From NCBI GenBank assembly GCA_964035575.1, contig OZ037841.1:558001-622000 (forward strand): a DNA stretch of 64,000 nt, read 5' to 3'. The notes under the pieces are model-generated. The model was not told where the DNA came from and ran no database searches. It saw nothing but the letters and a program-made list of their open reading frames with translations. This stretch comes from Rhynchopus sp. YZ270_cl-10 (taxonomy: Eukaryota). This document shows, piece by piece, positions 53,301 to 64,000 of this stretch. Made by a program: the position numbers and the translations under genes. Each line of letters starts with the position of its first letter. The first letter of the stretch is position 1.

Positions 53301-55653
53301 TCCATCATTCTATCAAAGTTTTTTTTTTCACTTTTTCGAGGAAATATTTCCACTGGAAAAAATTTTTGGGTAGGATTTTTTGCCCGTTTTTATAGGTTGT
53401 GGGAGGGAAAATTCGTAGGTGACTTATTGCGGCGAAGGTCACGCATGTCAGCAATCACACTATGTGCACCATAGTTTGATACACTTCTCACGTTATCGCA
53501 GGTCCGGGAGGCGACGGCGCCGACGATTCCTGTGTTGGCAACAGGGTGATCGTCAGAGGTGCAGGTGCGCTCGTGCTGGGTGATGCGACAACCATCACCG
53601 TCTTGCACCGCACACACCCTCCATGCACATAAGGAACCGGCACACAAGGGTCATTCGGGTGCCTGTGCGGTTCGAGACGCGGAAGGAAAAATGTGGAGGA
53701 TGAAGGACTGCCACGTTACCGTCTCCTTTAGGTCATCCAAGCTGTTAAACTCGGCACCAGTGACCACTTGTCTTTGCATGTTTAGCAAACAGTGTGTAAT
53801 TTGTGACCCTAGAACTATAAATTTTTCGAAAAATGCAAAAAAAATGACCCCATTTTTCCTCAAAAAACCACCCAAATTTTTTTTTCCAGCGGCAAAAATT
53901 TCTTCGAAAAAGTGAAAAAAAAAACTTTGATAGAATGATGGAAAAATTGGCAAAATATTGATAGAATGGTGGAAAAATTAACTTTTGTGAGCCGAATGAA
54001 GGAAAAATTATAGTGACTTTGATAGAATGATGGAAAAATTTTATTTTGTGAGCCGAATGATGGAAAAATTACTTTTTGTGAGCCGAATAAAGGTTTTCCC
54101 TTTTTTTTTTTTTGTTTGTTTTTCTTTTCTGTGCGGCAACCGGGAGCTAAAACATAAAAAGCCTCTCGTGTTCAGTTACCTTAAAACCCTGATAATTGAT
54201 TGTGGAGAGCAACCATCATTTCCGACGCTACATTAACCACAACACACATACCCATCAGCCCGTTTGCGGACCTGCGTTTGAAGAGCTGGAGGGCTGCCTC
54301 ATTGCCGAGAGTCATGAAGCGGGTGTCGTTTGTCAGAATCGAGAGCACCGTGAACTCGATGCTGAGCGAGCCCGCACCTGCCAAGGAGGCCACTGTGGTT
54401 TCACCCCTGGGCACACCCCTACGCAGGTTCACAGCACCGTAAGGGATGCCGGATGTGGTGCGGAAGGCGGGGGAAAGCCTTGTGCCCAGGTCCTCTGCCA
54501 AGCCTAGCAGCTCGCCGTTGTACCCAGGTACAAAGGCAGACCGTTTAGCGTGCTCCGGCAGCCAGTCCACCAGCTCCGTACCGTACTCTGCAAAGATATG
54601 AGCGGAGAGAAGCCCACCCAACACCCGAATCGTTGTCTCAAACAGAGACACTGTTGTGTCGATATCAAATTTTTCTGGAAAGCTTTCGATGACGAGCCGC
54701 ACCCCAGCTTGAAACCCCGCGAGATCCTTCATCACAATGTACGTATCGAGCGAGTCAATCAACGTCAATGACGGTACATCAACAAAACCAAACCCCGACC
54801 CTTCACAGGTTAACGGCTTTAAATCTGGCGCTGGATGTGCGTGCTTCATGTATCCACCCATACCATGCTCGAACATATCTTTTACATCTTGCGAGCCAAT
54901 AGCGGTGTTGTCTTTGTCGAGAAGGGGGGTGGATGATGACGTCTCGTTGGTTTCTGCAGCTTCGGTCACCTCAGTGCATTTCTCTGTTGTGGCTTCCAGC
55001 TCTTCGACGTATTGGTTGTAACCTTCGTCCGAGATCACTATGGGGTCGATGATGAGGACGAGTCCTTCGTATTCACATGGTGTTTTCTCAGATATAGAGA
55101 TGAATTCAGAGACTCCACGAGAAGGTGAAAATCGTGGAGTGAATCCGGCATTAAGAAGAATAGGATAGGAGAAATGCACAATGGTCATTTCGCCTTCACG
55201 TTGCCTGTTGTCGCAGGCATCCCCAGCGGTAAACTTTTGTGTTTCGATTTTAATAACGCCCATCAACCCCGCCCGCAATACCATATCAGGATACACCTTC
55301 GTCCCCTCCAATTTATGCGTAAAATGCAAGCGAATAAACGCCCTAACGTCCTTCTGTCCTTGCTTTGAAGATAGAACTGCCTTATTGAGTTTGGTGCTTA
55401 CCTTTGTCTGCGGGGTTTCTATAACAGATCTACCCGAAAAATCCCCGATTTTAACCGGAACTGAGCTGTGGTACTGCTGCATACTCAACCGTTCGCACCA
55501 GCTGTACCGATACCCTTCTTTGTTGTGGTCCAGGCAGAGTGGAGAGGTGGAGGTGGAGGAGGTGGCTGTGTCCATCCCAGGTGTATGAAGCGACAGCGCG
55601 CTGAGTAGAACTGTGCACACCCGGGCCAAGTGGGAGCCCTTCTTTTCAAGCAT
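50301..55653 (-). CDS. EDEM-like GH47 alpha-1,2-mannosidase with N-terminal MRH-like lectin domain (~835 aa); exons 55653-54252, 52897-52622, 52268-51755, 51446-51269, 50441-50301
   Basis: GH47 motifs FETTIRVLGGLLSAH, DSFYEYLLK, YLLRPELIES, SFFLSETLKYLY and spliced VFSTEAH. GT-AG introns are in frame; the last exon is less certain. Confidence 0.9.
50852..51215. mobile_element. TA-flanked MITE in an intron of the GH47 gene
   Basis: TIR AAC(C)nTCTGCATAATATTAAATTA, TA on both sides; internal ATTTAATAATACGA repeats. Confidence 0.88.
53143..54100 (-). mobile_element. Mutator-like (MULE) deletion derivative in intron 1 of the GH47 gene
   Basis: ~190-bp near-perfect TIRs starting GGGAAAACCTTTATTCGGCTCAC, poly-T on both flanks. 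Internal broken ORF (TGAEFNSLDDLKETV...C....CAWRVCA...RITQHERTC) resembles the MuDR DNA-binding domain. Confidence 0.85.
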
Positions 55654-55729
55654 CTTTTATTTTTTTGGGAAAATGAGGCTTTCCGGTGCCGGTGTCTGTT
55701 GTGTGCTGTGGGAGTGGTAGAGGATGTAG

Positions 55730-57030
55730 CAGGCCTCAGGCGTATACCGGCCTTTTTTCGGGGTTTTTCGGGTCCGTATACCGAGTTTTTTCCCGTTTTT
55801 TTTTGGTGGTTTTGTGGGCATTTTGCGCTGGTTTTTCCAGATTAAATTATGATTTTTACCTTACTTTTGCCCAGAAAAATCCTTATTTTCGTTACGTGTA
55901 GGATTTTGTGTTTTCTCGTTATCATGTTGCCTGGGTACCCAGAATACCTGGGTACCAGAAAGTGATAGGAACTACAGTGTGTACAGTGTACAGTGTACAG
56001 TGTACAGTGTACAGTGTACAGTGTACAGTGTACAGTGTACAGTGTACAGTGTACAGTGTACAGTGTACAGTGTACAGTGTACAGTGTACAGTGTACAGTG
56101 TACAGTGTACAGTGTACAGTGTACAGTGTACAGTGTACAGTGTACAGTGTACAGTGTACAGTGTACAGTGTACAGTGTACAGTGTACAGTGTACAGTGTA
56201 CAGTGTACAGTGTACAGTGTACAGTGTACAGTGTATAAAACCATAAAACAGTGTATTTCTGTAATTCAAACACTGGAAAAATGTAACAAAGCACTGTTTT
56301 CCCCTCGAGAACAGCCGTTTTCCTTCACTCGTGTTTCCTTTGCGTGCAAAGAAAACAAGAGTGAAGACAAACGACTTTTCTCTCGAGAAAAAATAGCTAT
56401 TACCCGCGGTTGAAAAAAAAAAAAGAACCGGTCATGGCACCAAAGGTTCCTGGCGAAGCCACGGTACGCAACATTTCTAAAAAATGTTGCAGAAAATGGT
56501 ACTGCGTTGGTGATTTTCGTCAGGAAAATTCCCGCAGCGAGAAATCGATTCCATAAATTATTGTCAAAATTTTACTTCACATATTTTCTAAAACGAAAGT
56601 TTCTGGCGAAGCCACGGTACGCAACATTTCCAAAATTGCGCTTAGAATTACATATTTTTTGCAGCCAACCTGTCATGGGAAAGGTGGGATGCATGCTTGC
56701 GCCGCAGGCGCACGGTACGCTACTTTTTTCCCGCAGGCAGGGCGAACGCATAAAAAAAAGTTTGTTTGCCCTAAGCGTTTCTTCAAGAGGAAGGTTGAAC
56801 CTATGCAGAAATTTCCTGCCGCAGGTGGAGATTTTTTTTCCCCCTTTTCCTTTTTCTGCCTTTTTTGGGTTCTGCGAAGAGATTGCAACCCACAGTGGTG
56901 CCGCACAAAAACTTTAGTGGGGTCCACACCCACCCAAAAACCCACCAGTGAAAAACGGGAAAAAAAAACGGGAAAAAAAAGTTGAAATCCCAAAACCCGT
57001 ATACGTATACCACTCCTAGCGGTAGGCATG
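55730..57030. mobile_element. hAT-type non-autonomous element just upstream of the GH47 gene
   Basis: 8-bp direct repeat GGATGTAG at 55722-55729 and 57031-57038; imperfect TIR CAGGCCT / AGGCATG. Carries an inverted copy of the 1735-1880 module. Confidence 0.72.
55973..56234. repeat. (TACAGTG)n heptamer array, ~37 units
   Basis: Directly visible tandem array. Confidence 0.97.
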
Positions 57031-59337
57031 GGATGTAGTCAAAAATTTTTTTTTTTGAAAGTAGGGGAAATGAGGGAAATGAGGGCTTTATTTTTGAAAA
57101 AAATGAATGTTTTGTTTTGTACACTAATTTTGCACTCTCTCGGTGAAAAAAAAGGGCACACAAAAAAAAATGAACGGGGGAGGGGGGAAACTATTTGGTC
57201 ATACCATAATACTAATGGGAAAAACAAAGAAAACTTATAAAAAAAAAGTACACACACATCACATAATAAAACAGGAAAACGTGACGTCAAAAAGAGAGGT
57301 GTCCGGGCTCTGTGGGGGTGGTTGCTGTTTCCTTTGTTGTTAACAGTCTTGCCTCACCTCCGCAATCTGCCCGAACACCATTATTGTTATTTTTTTTTTA
57401 TTTTATTTTTTTGTTGTTGAAAATCTGCTAACGGTCAGCCACTAAGTGGTCTGTACGGTTATTGTTTATGCTGTATTGACACTCCCCAAGAAATGGGGTT
57501 CTTGAAATCAATTCGATGTGACCCACCCAAAAGGAGCTAGGACATGCACATCTCATCCTAGGAGAGATGAGGCACATGTGACCCATTTGTATCACGCCAC
57601 CACCACCCCACCAAAGAGATGGGGTTCTGATCAAACGACACCTTTTAACAGGCCAGGATATACACAGACGACACACCTGATCCCTTAGGGCAAAGAAAAA
57701 AATGATAGTTGTTGATGCAGGCACCTCCGACTGACCCACTGTATAATGTCAGCCATCCGTATGAAAGCATAAGTACCCTGCTGCCAACAACAGAAGGCTT
57801 TTTTTTAATACGATTACCTACAGTGCAGGCTGGTTTACTCACAAAGGTTCAAAAAGAAAAAAAATGTAAGATGCAATGTTCCTCTCGTGCACATATCAGA
57901 GGGAAAAGGACTTCCATGCGTCGCTGATAGTCGGAGTCACGCCTACGTTCGTAAGCTACAATAACATGAAAAAACTTGAAAAGATGAATGTGCCTCTCCA
58001 CACACATCTTTACTACTATCGTTATCGTGCTGGAACACACAATAAACGGCAAAAGTGCAAACGCTCACCGTTCATTGGCGGACTCAAGGCACTGCTTCTC
58101 CGAGGGTTATCGAACCCCCCAGAGAGCATTTCATTGGCATGCACACGGTTACCACCGAGGGAGGTTGCATGCAGCGAAAAGAAAAGAACAAAAAGGTAAT
58201 CAGATGAACCTAGGCCTATGATTTCGTCACCTTCGAGAGAAAATAAAAATTGGGGGAAAAGGGCTCTGACGAACCAGGGGGAGGAGGGGAGGAGCAAAGG
58301 GAAGAATTAGCATTGGAAAAGAAGAGCATGGGGGCGAGTGAGCATGCAGACAAAACGAAACTGTATGCTTTTTTGGTTTATTTTATTTTTTCTCTCTTGA
58401 TAAATTGTTGGAGTAGTGTAGTTGCCTCTTTGTGTTGCCACAGTTTGTGCAATCTTCACTTTCTACTCTGTCGTCTTGATGGCCTGAAATGGATGTAAAC
58501 GGAACTTCCTCTTGATTATTTTTTTGAAAAACTGATAAAGACCCAAACCCTCTCTGCTTACTCAAAGAAGATTGACACCACATACCACACACCATCCTCC
58601 GTTTTCTCGGACTACCGTTATTACGTCCCTCCCATCCCCGCTGTATTTATTTCCTCCTCATCAAACAAACAGGGACAGGAAGGAACTCCGGGATTAGATA
58701 AACCTCCCGGGTGAGATAGCTTTTATTTATTTTTTTATTTTTTTTGGCTGCGAAATTCACATTCCTTCATTATTGTGGCGACACCTACTATTTACCTATT
58801 GGTAAAGAACTCTGTACTAAATATGTCGAATCCTTTTTTGTACCACAATGTCAGAGTGTTTTCCAGGATCTGGCATTATTTTTTTTGGGTGGCATATTTT
58901 TTTTTTTTTAGGCCAAAAAAATTTTCCCCGCGCGGAAGGCCCCCTCTTAAACACCTGTACATGATTTACCCGAACAGGGCTTCCGCTTGGTTTTTGGTCT
59001 CAAAATTTGGTCCCCCCCGAGCTTTCTCCGAGCCCGAGCGGTCGTCGCGCGCGACCCCCTGCCAACCACAGTAGGGAGAGGGGAGGGAGTGGGCGCCGCA
59101 GGCGGAAAAAAATTGCACTATTCACAATTTTGGCGATGTGCAGTAGGAGCGCCGCAGGCGCACGGTACGCTACTTTTGCCCTATTTTCTGTGGCTTGTGA
59201 AGGTGGTGAACGGTTCGTGAAGGAAGCTGAGACGGCGATGGTGTTTGTTGGGTAGGTGCAGGCAATTCGAGCAACTCAGCGAGCCACGTGCTCTCCATGG
59301 TGGGGTCACAGGTCATACAACACTCAAAAAAAAAAAG

Positions 59338-59417
59338 AAAATCTTGGGTGGCATATATGCCACCCAAAAACCACCCCAAAAATCTTGGGTGGCATGTCAT
59401 GCCACCCAAAACCACCG
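59338..59417. repeat. Tandem pair of palindromes TTGGGTGGCAT(AT/GTC)ATGCCACCCAA
   Basis: First copy is a perfect 24-bp palindrome; the ~40-bp unit occurs twice. Confidence 0.85.
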
Positions 59418-62400
59418 TGGAAAACACTCTGCACAAGGTGTAGAGACGCAGATTGTCCTCAACCCTATGAACACGCTTTTCATACTTCGCACATTTCAGG
59501 CATAAATTTATTTTTTTTTTCGAGAACCCCCAGGGGGGGAATCTGTGGTCTATTTTATGATTTTTTTTTAGGGGGAAAAAAAAAATGAAAAAATTGACAA
59601 CGTGTGTGTCACCTTGAGTGATCTCCACGCATTTTTCTTTTCTTTTCCAGTCACATTAAACCACACGTATGTCCATCAAACACTAGGTTTATGGACAAAA
59701 AAAAATTGGGTAAAATAAACTAAGCTGCACAAAGCTTAGTTTATCTTACATAAAAACGTCATTCAACCCAGAAAAGAAAAGGGGGAAAAGACATCTTTTT
59801 TTTTTTGCAGACGGCACACATCTGAGAACAACCCGGCTATGTGTGGCAGAGATTAAAGAGACAAAAAAAAATTGAAACTCTCTGGTCTGACCCCAGTATA
59901 TAATGGATGCGAGTAATTTTGTTGGTTGAGAAAGAGGGGGGGGAGAAAAGAAAAAAAGAACGTTGAGAACAATGAGCGCTTCATAGCTCACGCCATTCTC
60001 AAAATCATCTTCACATTTTTTTTTTATATTTTGTTTGATATTTTTTTTTAGTGTAGCTGCCACAAAGACAGTCTTCACTGGCTTTTTTGATAATCTGAAA
60101 ACGGCCAACCCACCTTTTCGAAAAAAAAAAAAAAACAATGGTTTTTAAAAAATACTGTACTTCATCGCCCCCACACACACATAAGGGAGAGGGCTTGCCC
60201 TCTCCAATTACATACAATTGTCCACTGTGCTGGAGGAGACTGAGAAGTCAGCAGCACCACCGCCACAAGAAGTGACACTGAGGGCAGTAGTGCTTATGTT
60301 TTGGTTCCGAGCAGCAGCGAGCGCTGAAGACGCGACATCGGTACCTGCATCGTCGCAGGGTGTCGCAGCGACACCGACCCCACAGCAAGAGAGACACCTC
60401 CGCTGTGATGCCAATGCCGCCGCTGCCGACCGACTGGCCGACGACTGCGATGACTATTTGCATGGAGAAACTCCAGGATCGCATAAGAACTGTGCAAAGT
60501 GGGAAGCTCAACCTCACTAAAAACAACCAAGTTTTCAAAAAAAAAAAAAAAAAAAAAAGATGGTTTTCAAAAGCACCCCTCCATTTTTTTTGTGGAATTA
60601 CCGTTACAATTTGAGGTGCATTCTACAGTCGCCTGAGTAGTACCCACCTTTTGGTGGTCTAGGAATCTGTGGCCAATGCTTTGTACTAGAGAATTATATT
60701 ACAATACTGTTGTTTGAAGAAAGAAAAAAAAAAAAAGAAAAAAAAAAAAACGATAAAACCTACGCGCTTAGTCACCGTATACAATTAGCTGAAACACCCC
60801 ACAGTACCTACTCCTCTGTCGTGGGGGTTTTTTTTTTGTGTTGCGTCAACAATCGCCTAAGTACCTACCTTGGTTGGGGGTACCTAGACGGATGGTGGGG
60901 ATTTTTTCTCGTATCGAGCCGATCGAACCCTGGAGTGTTTTGCCACTGGGGGGGATGGAAAGGGAAAAAAAAACAAAGAGAAGTAACGCCTCACCGTTCG
61001 GCGGACGTAGGCACTGAAAAAAACAAAAACGAAAAAAAAAAAACACGAAAAACCTTCAAATCTTTACCACACCTTTGTGATAATAACAGAAAAAAAAAAA
61101 TGAATAATTAGCGTGATAGGCACAGCTTTTTCGAGCGTAAAATTAACTTTTTTTTTTTTCTCTGTTCGCGTTGCACTAAGGGAGAAGAAGGTCGCAAAAT
61201 GACCAGCAAACAAAAACACTAAAGACAAACGCAGGAACAGGCAACATTCCGCGGGGGGACTACCCAATAATTTAAAAAAAAATGCACAAAAAAAAAATGT
61301 CTTGAGAAGCATTTTGAAAGAGTACGACAACACTCTCCAGGAGGAACAACACGGCCGAAGTCTGCAGAAGGAGTGTCGGGTGAGTAGTGTATTACCCGCA
61401 ACACCACATATTTAATAGTTAGCGAACCAAACAGAGATATGAATAAAATGCAAATATAAAAAAAAAAAGGGAATAGTTATCGATGCAGGCTCCGACTGAC
61501 CCACGTACAATGCCAGCCATCCGGATGAAAGAGCAGTTGAAACGTGCCAAAACGCATCTCAGTAGAGCTCATGGTGAAAGCACCAAAAAAAAAAAAAAAG
61601 GAGATTTTTGAAGATGAACCCAAGCCTCATGCTCAGTCACCTAAAAAGGAGGAAGCTTTTTGATATTCTGTTTTTTTAGTGTAGCTGTCATTCAAACAGT
61701 CTTCACCTTTTATAGGGGGGGAATGTAGTGGCTAATAAGAAAAAGGGGGCGTGGGGGCGTGAATGGGTTTTTATGAAGTTTCTGATGTTTGCTTTGTGCT
61801 CTTTGTTTTGTTTTTTGTTTTGTCTTTTTTTTTGCAGGGTGTTTGAAGAAAACGAGTCGCAATATGGACAATGGACGGATCAGAATGAAAATCTTAGGCA
61901 CTCACCTTTGCTCCACGTGCCTCATGAGACAAGAAACGTCATGAAATACAAAGCCCTCTCGTGACAGTGTAACCAAATAAAGAACGTCAGGATGAACTTG
62001 AGAGAACTTTTTTTTTTCAGCAAACCCTGGTTGGGATATTTTTCAATGAAACTACATACTGAGTTCAAATACGAAAAGAATAGTGTATAGCAGACCACAC
62101 TAGGGTGGCTACACTAATACAACCAAGTTTTCAAAAAAAACAACTACAACAACTAAGAACGAGCTAGCATCAACTTGATGATTCGCACTATAACAAAAAA
62201 AAATTGTTTGACTATAAAAACTTGTAAGATGAATACAACTCCCTCACATATCACATCTTACAGACTAAATAAGGGGAGGAATTTAGCACGCACGGCACGC
62301 ACCTCCTTTCTCTTCCCCCCTTTTTTTTTGGTGTAAAAAAAAAAAAAAAGGGCTATCATTCTTTCTTGAGGAGTTGTGAAACAAGTTGCACCCAAAAGAA

Positions 62401-64000
62401 TAAGTTTCTCTCTCATCGAGTTATGTGAAACATATTCAAGGGAACAACAAACAACCAGAAAATCATGTGTGGAATGAAGGGAAAGACGTACTTTAAAAAA
62501 AAAAATGCACAATTCAAATACCGGAGCTGGTGTGCGACTGAAAGTCACAAAAAAAAATAAAATGGCATTTTTTGCCCAATCGCGCCTCCCTATATTTTGC
62601 AAGGTGAAAAAGAAAAGAAGAAAATTTTGCTTATCACTCAGTGGTGCTCCGGGGGAGGTCGATATTGACAGGTAGCTGACCGATTTCGTAAGCACCACTA
62701 AAAAAAAAAAAATTTACTCGACCCCACCTCGAGTATAATAGAAAAGCCTTCTGAACCGCCATTAAGGATCAGGTAATGGATGTCAGGGTATAAGATCGTA
62801 ACTGATACCTGAATCTCAAGAAAAAGAAATTTAAAAAAAAAATAATCAGAAATGATGAAAACTTGTATTGAAGAAGATAAGTGGGCCTGTACACATCCGG
62901 TTGGAGATTACGAGGAGATAACGTCCAAGGCCTGCGAACCAACAACAGGTAAGGATGATCAGGTGTGCACGGTTGTGTTTGGGGTAAAACGGTACAATAT
63001 TTTTTTGTGCTTTTTTTGGTTTTGCTGTCCGACGAATTCCCTTTTTCTTTCTTTTCTTTCGCAGAGTTTAGTAAAAAAACATGCTCAAAAAAAAATAAAC
63101 AAAAAAGAAAGACAGCAGAAATATGAGAGGGGGAAAAAAAAAGAAAGCTTTTTATAATATCAGCCTAAGCCTCACAGGGTAATCACCTTGAATAAATGGC
63201 AGCTGGTAATTTTACTTTTTTTTAGTAAATGGTTGGAATAGCGGAGTTGTCACCTGTGTTAGCAGCTCAACCTCTCTCTCGTGAAGCTTGCATAACAAAA
63301 GAGACTTTTTGAGGCCAAAGTGTAGCCTGTGTTTCGTCTCCTGCTCGCCCAAAAAAAGAGATAAAAATGAACGATTTTTTTTTTTTTTTTGAAAGAAAGA
63401 AAGATGGAGTTGTCCATGGACATCTCGTCTTTTGTATTTGTTGTGGGGTTTGGGAAGTGTAGGGCTACAGCTGCGTGCGTACAAGCGTACAAGCGTACAA
63501 GCGTGCCATGATGGGGAGGGAAAAGAAAAGAAAAAGTTTATGAGATGAACCTAAGCCTCTCGTGCTTAGTCACCTTGATCGGAATCAAAGTTTTTCGGAT
63601 GACGTTGTCAGCGGTCGGATGCCGGCCCCGGATGAAAGCACAAAGTGCCCTACAGCCAGCAATAAAAATGAAAGATGAAATGGGTTTGTCATGTCTGTCA
63701 TTCACTTCTTTTTTTTTGTTCAAAAAAAAAAGGGAGAGAAAAGAACAATGCAACATCCTGGACAAAGAGGGAAATTCGGACTATCGTGATTTATTTTATT
63801 TTTTGCTCACACGATTTTGGGTCGCTTCGAAAGGAGAATTGGTCGGAAAGATGAACCTAAGCTCGCTTAGTCACCTCAGAACAATGTCAATATAAAAAAT
63901 ATTGTGTGGGAGATGAATGTGACTCTTGTGCACACACATCTTGAAAAATAAACAAGAAAACAAAACAAAAAAAAAATAAACAAACAGCAAGCAAAAGGGA

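Noticed and set aside
55842..56413. ORFs with LYTVHCT / VYSVQCT repeats
   Set aside because: Translations of the stop-free heptamer satellite.
60218..60520. 100-aa plus-strand ORF as a gene
   Set aside because: Non-ATG start, opposite to the cluster strand, no recognisable domain; kept only as possible TE cargo.
62720..62975. Possible box C/D snoRNA (ATGATGA near 62852)
   Set aside because: No suitably placed box D or terminal stem, and it is on the non-gene strand.

Overview
Eukaryotic nuclear DNA, most likely a euglenozoan and probably a diplonemid. This is inferred from the 18S 5' fragment, canonical GT-AG introns, one long same-strand gene cluster and the protein repertoire. All host genes I can support lie on the minus strand: FYVE protein, WW/polyQ/coiled-coil protein, three cold-shock-domain proteins, Kish, GMF/ADF-like protein, two large secreted or surface proteins, a frameshifted EGF-like surface protein, a TLDc protein, and an MRH+GH47 (EDEM-like) fusion. 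Intergenic DNA and introns hold many DNA transposon derivatives (piggyBac, hAT, MULE, TA-MITEs). The most striking unexplained signal is a ~35-nt hairpin dispersed in roughly 40-50 degenerate copies (counted by eye), all in one orientation. On the gene-sense strand it has a conserved A-C-GAGA-G apex, G-U wobbles and compensatory stem changes between subfamilies. Three copies carry a related insertion at the same site with variable-length duplications. Several other one-orientation structured motif families accompany it. All calls are by eye; no database searches were run.
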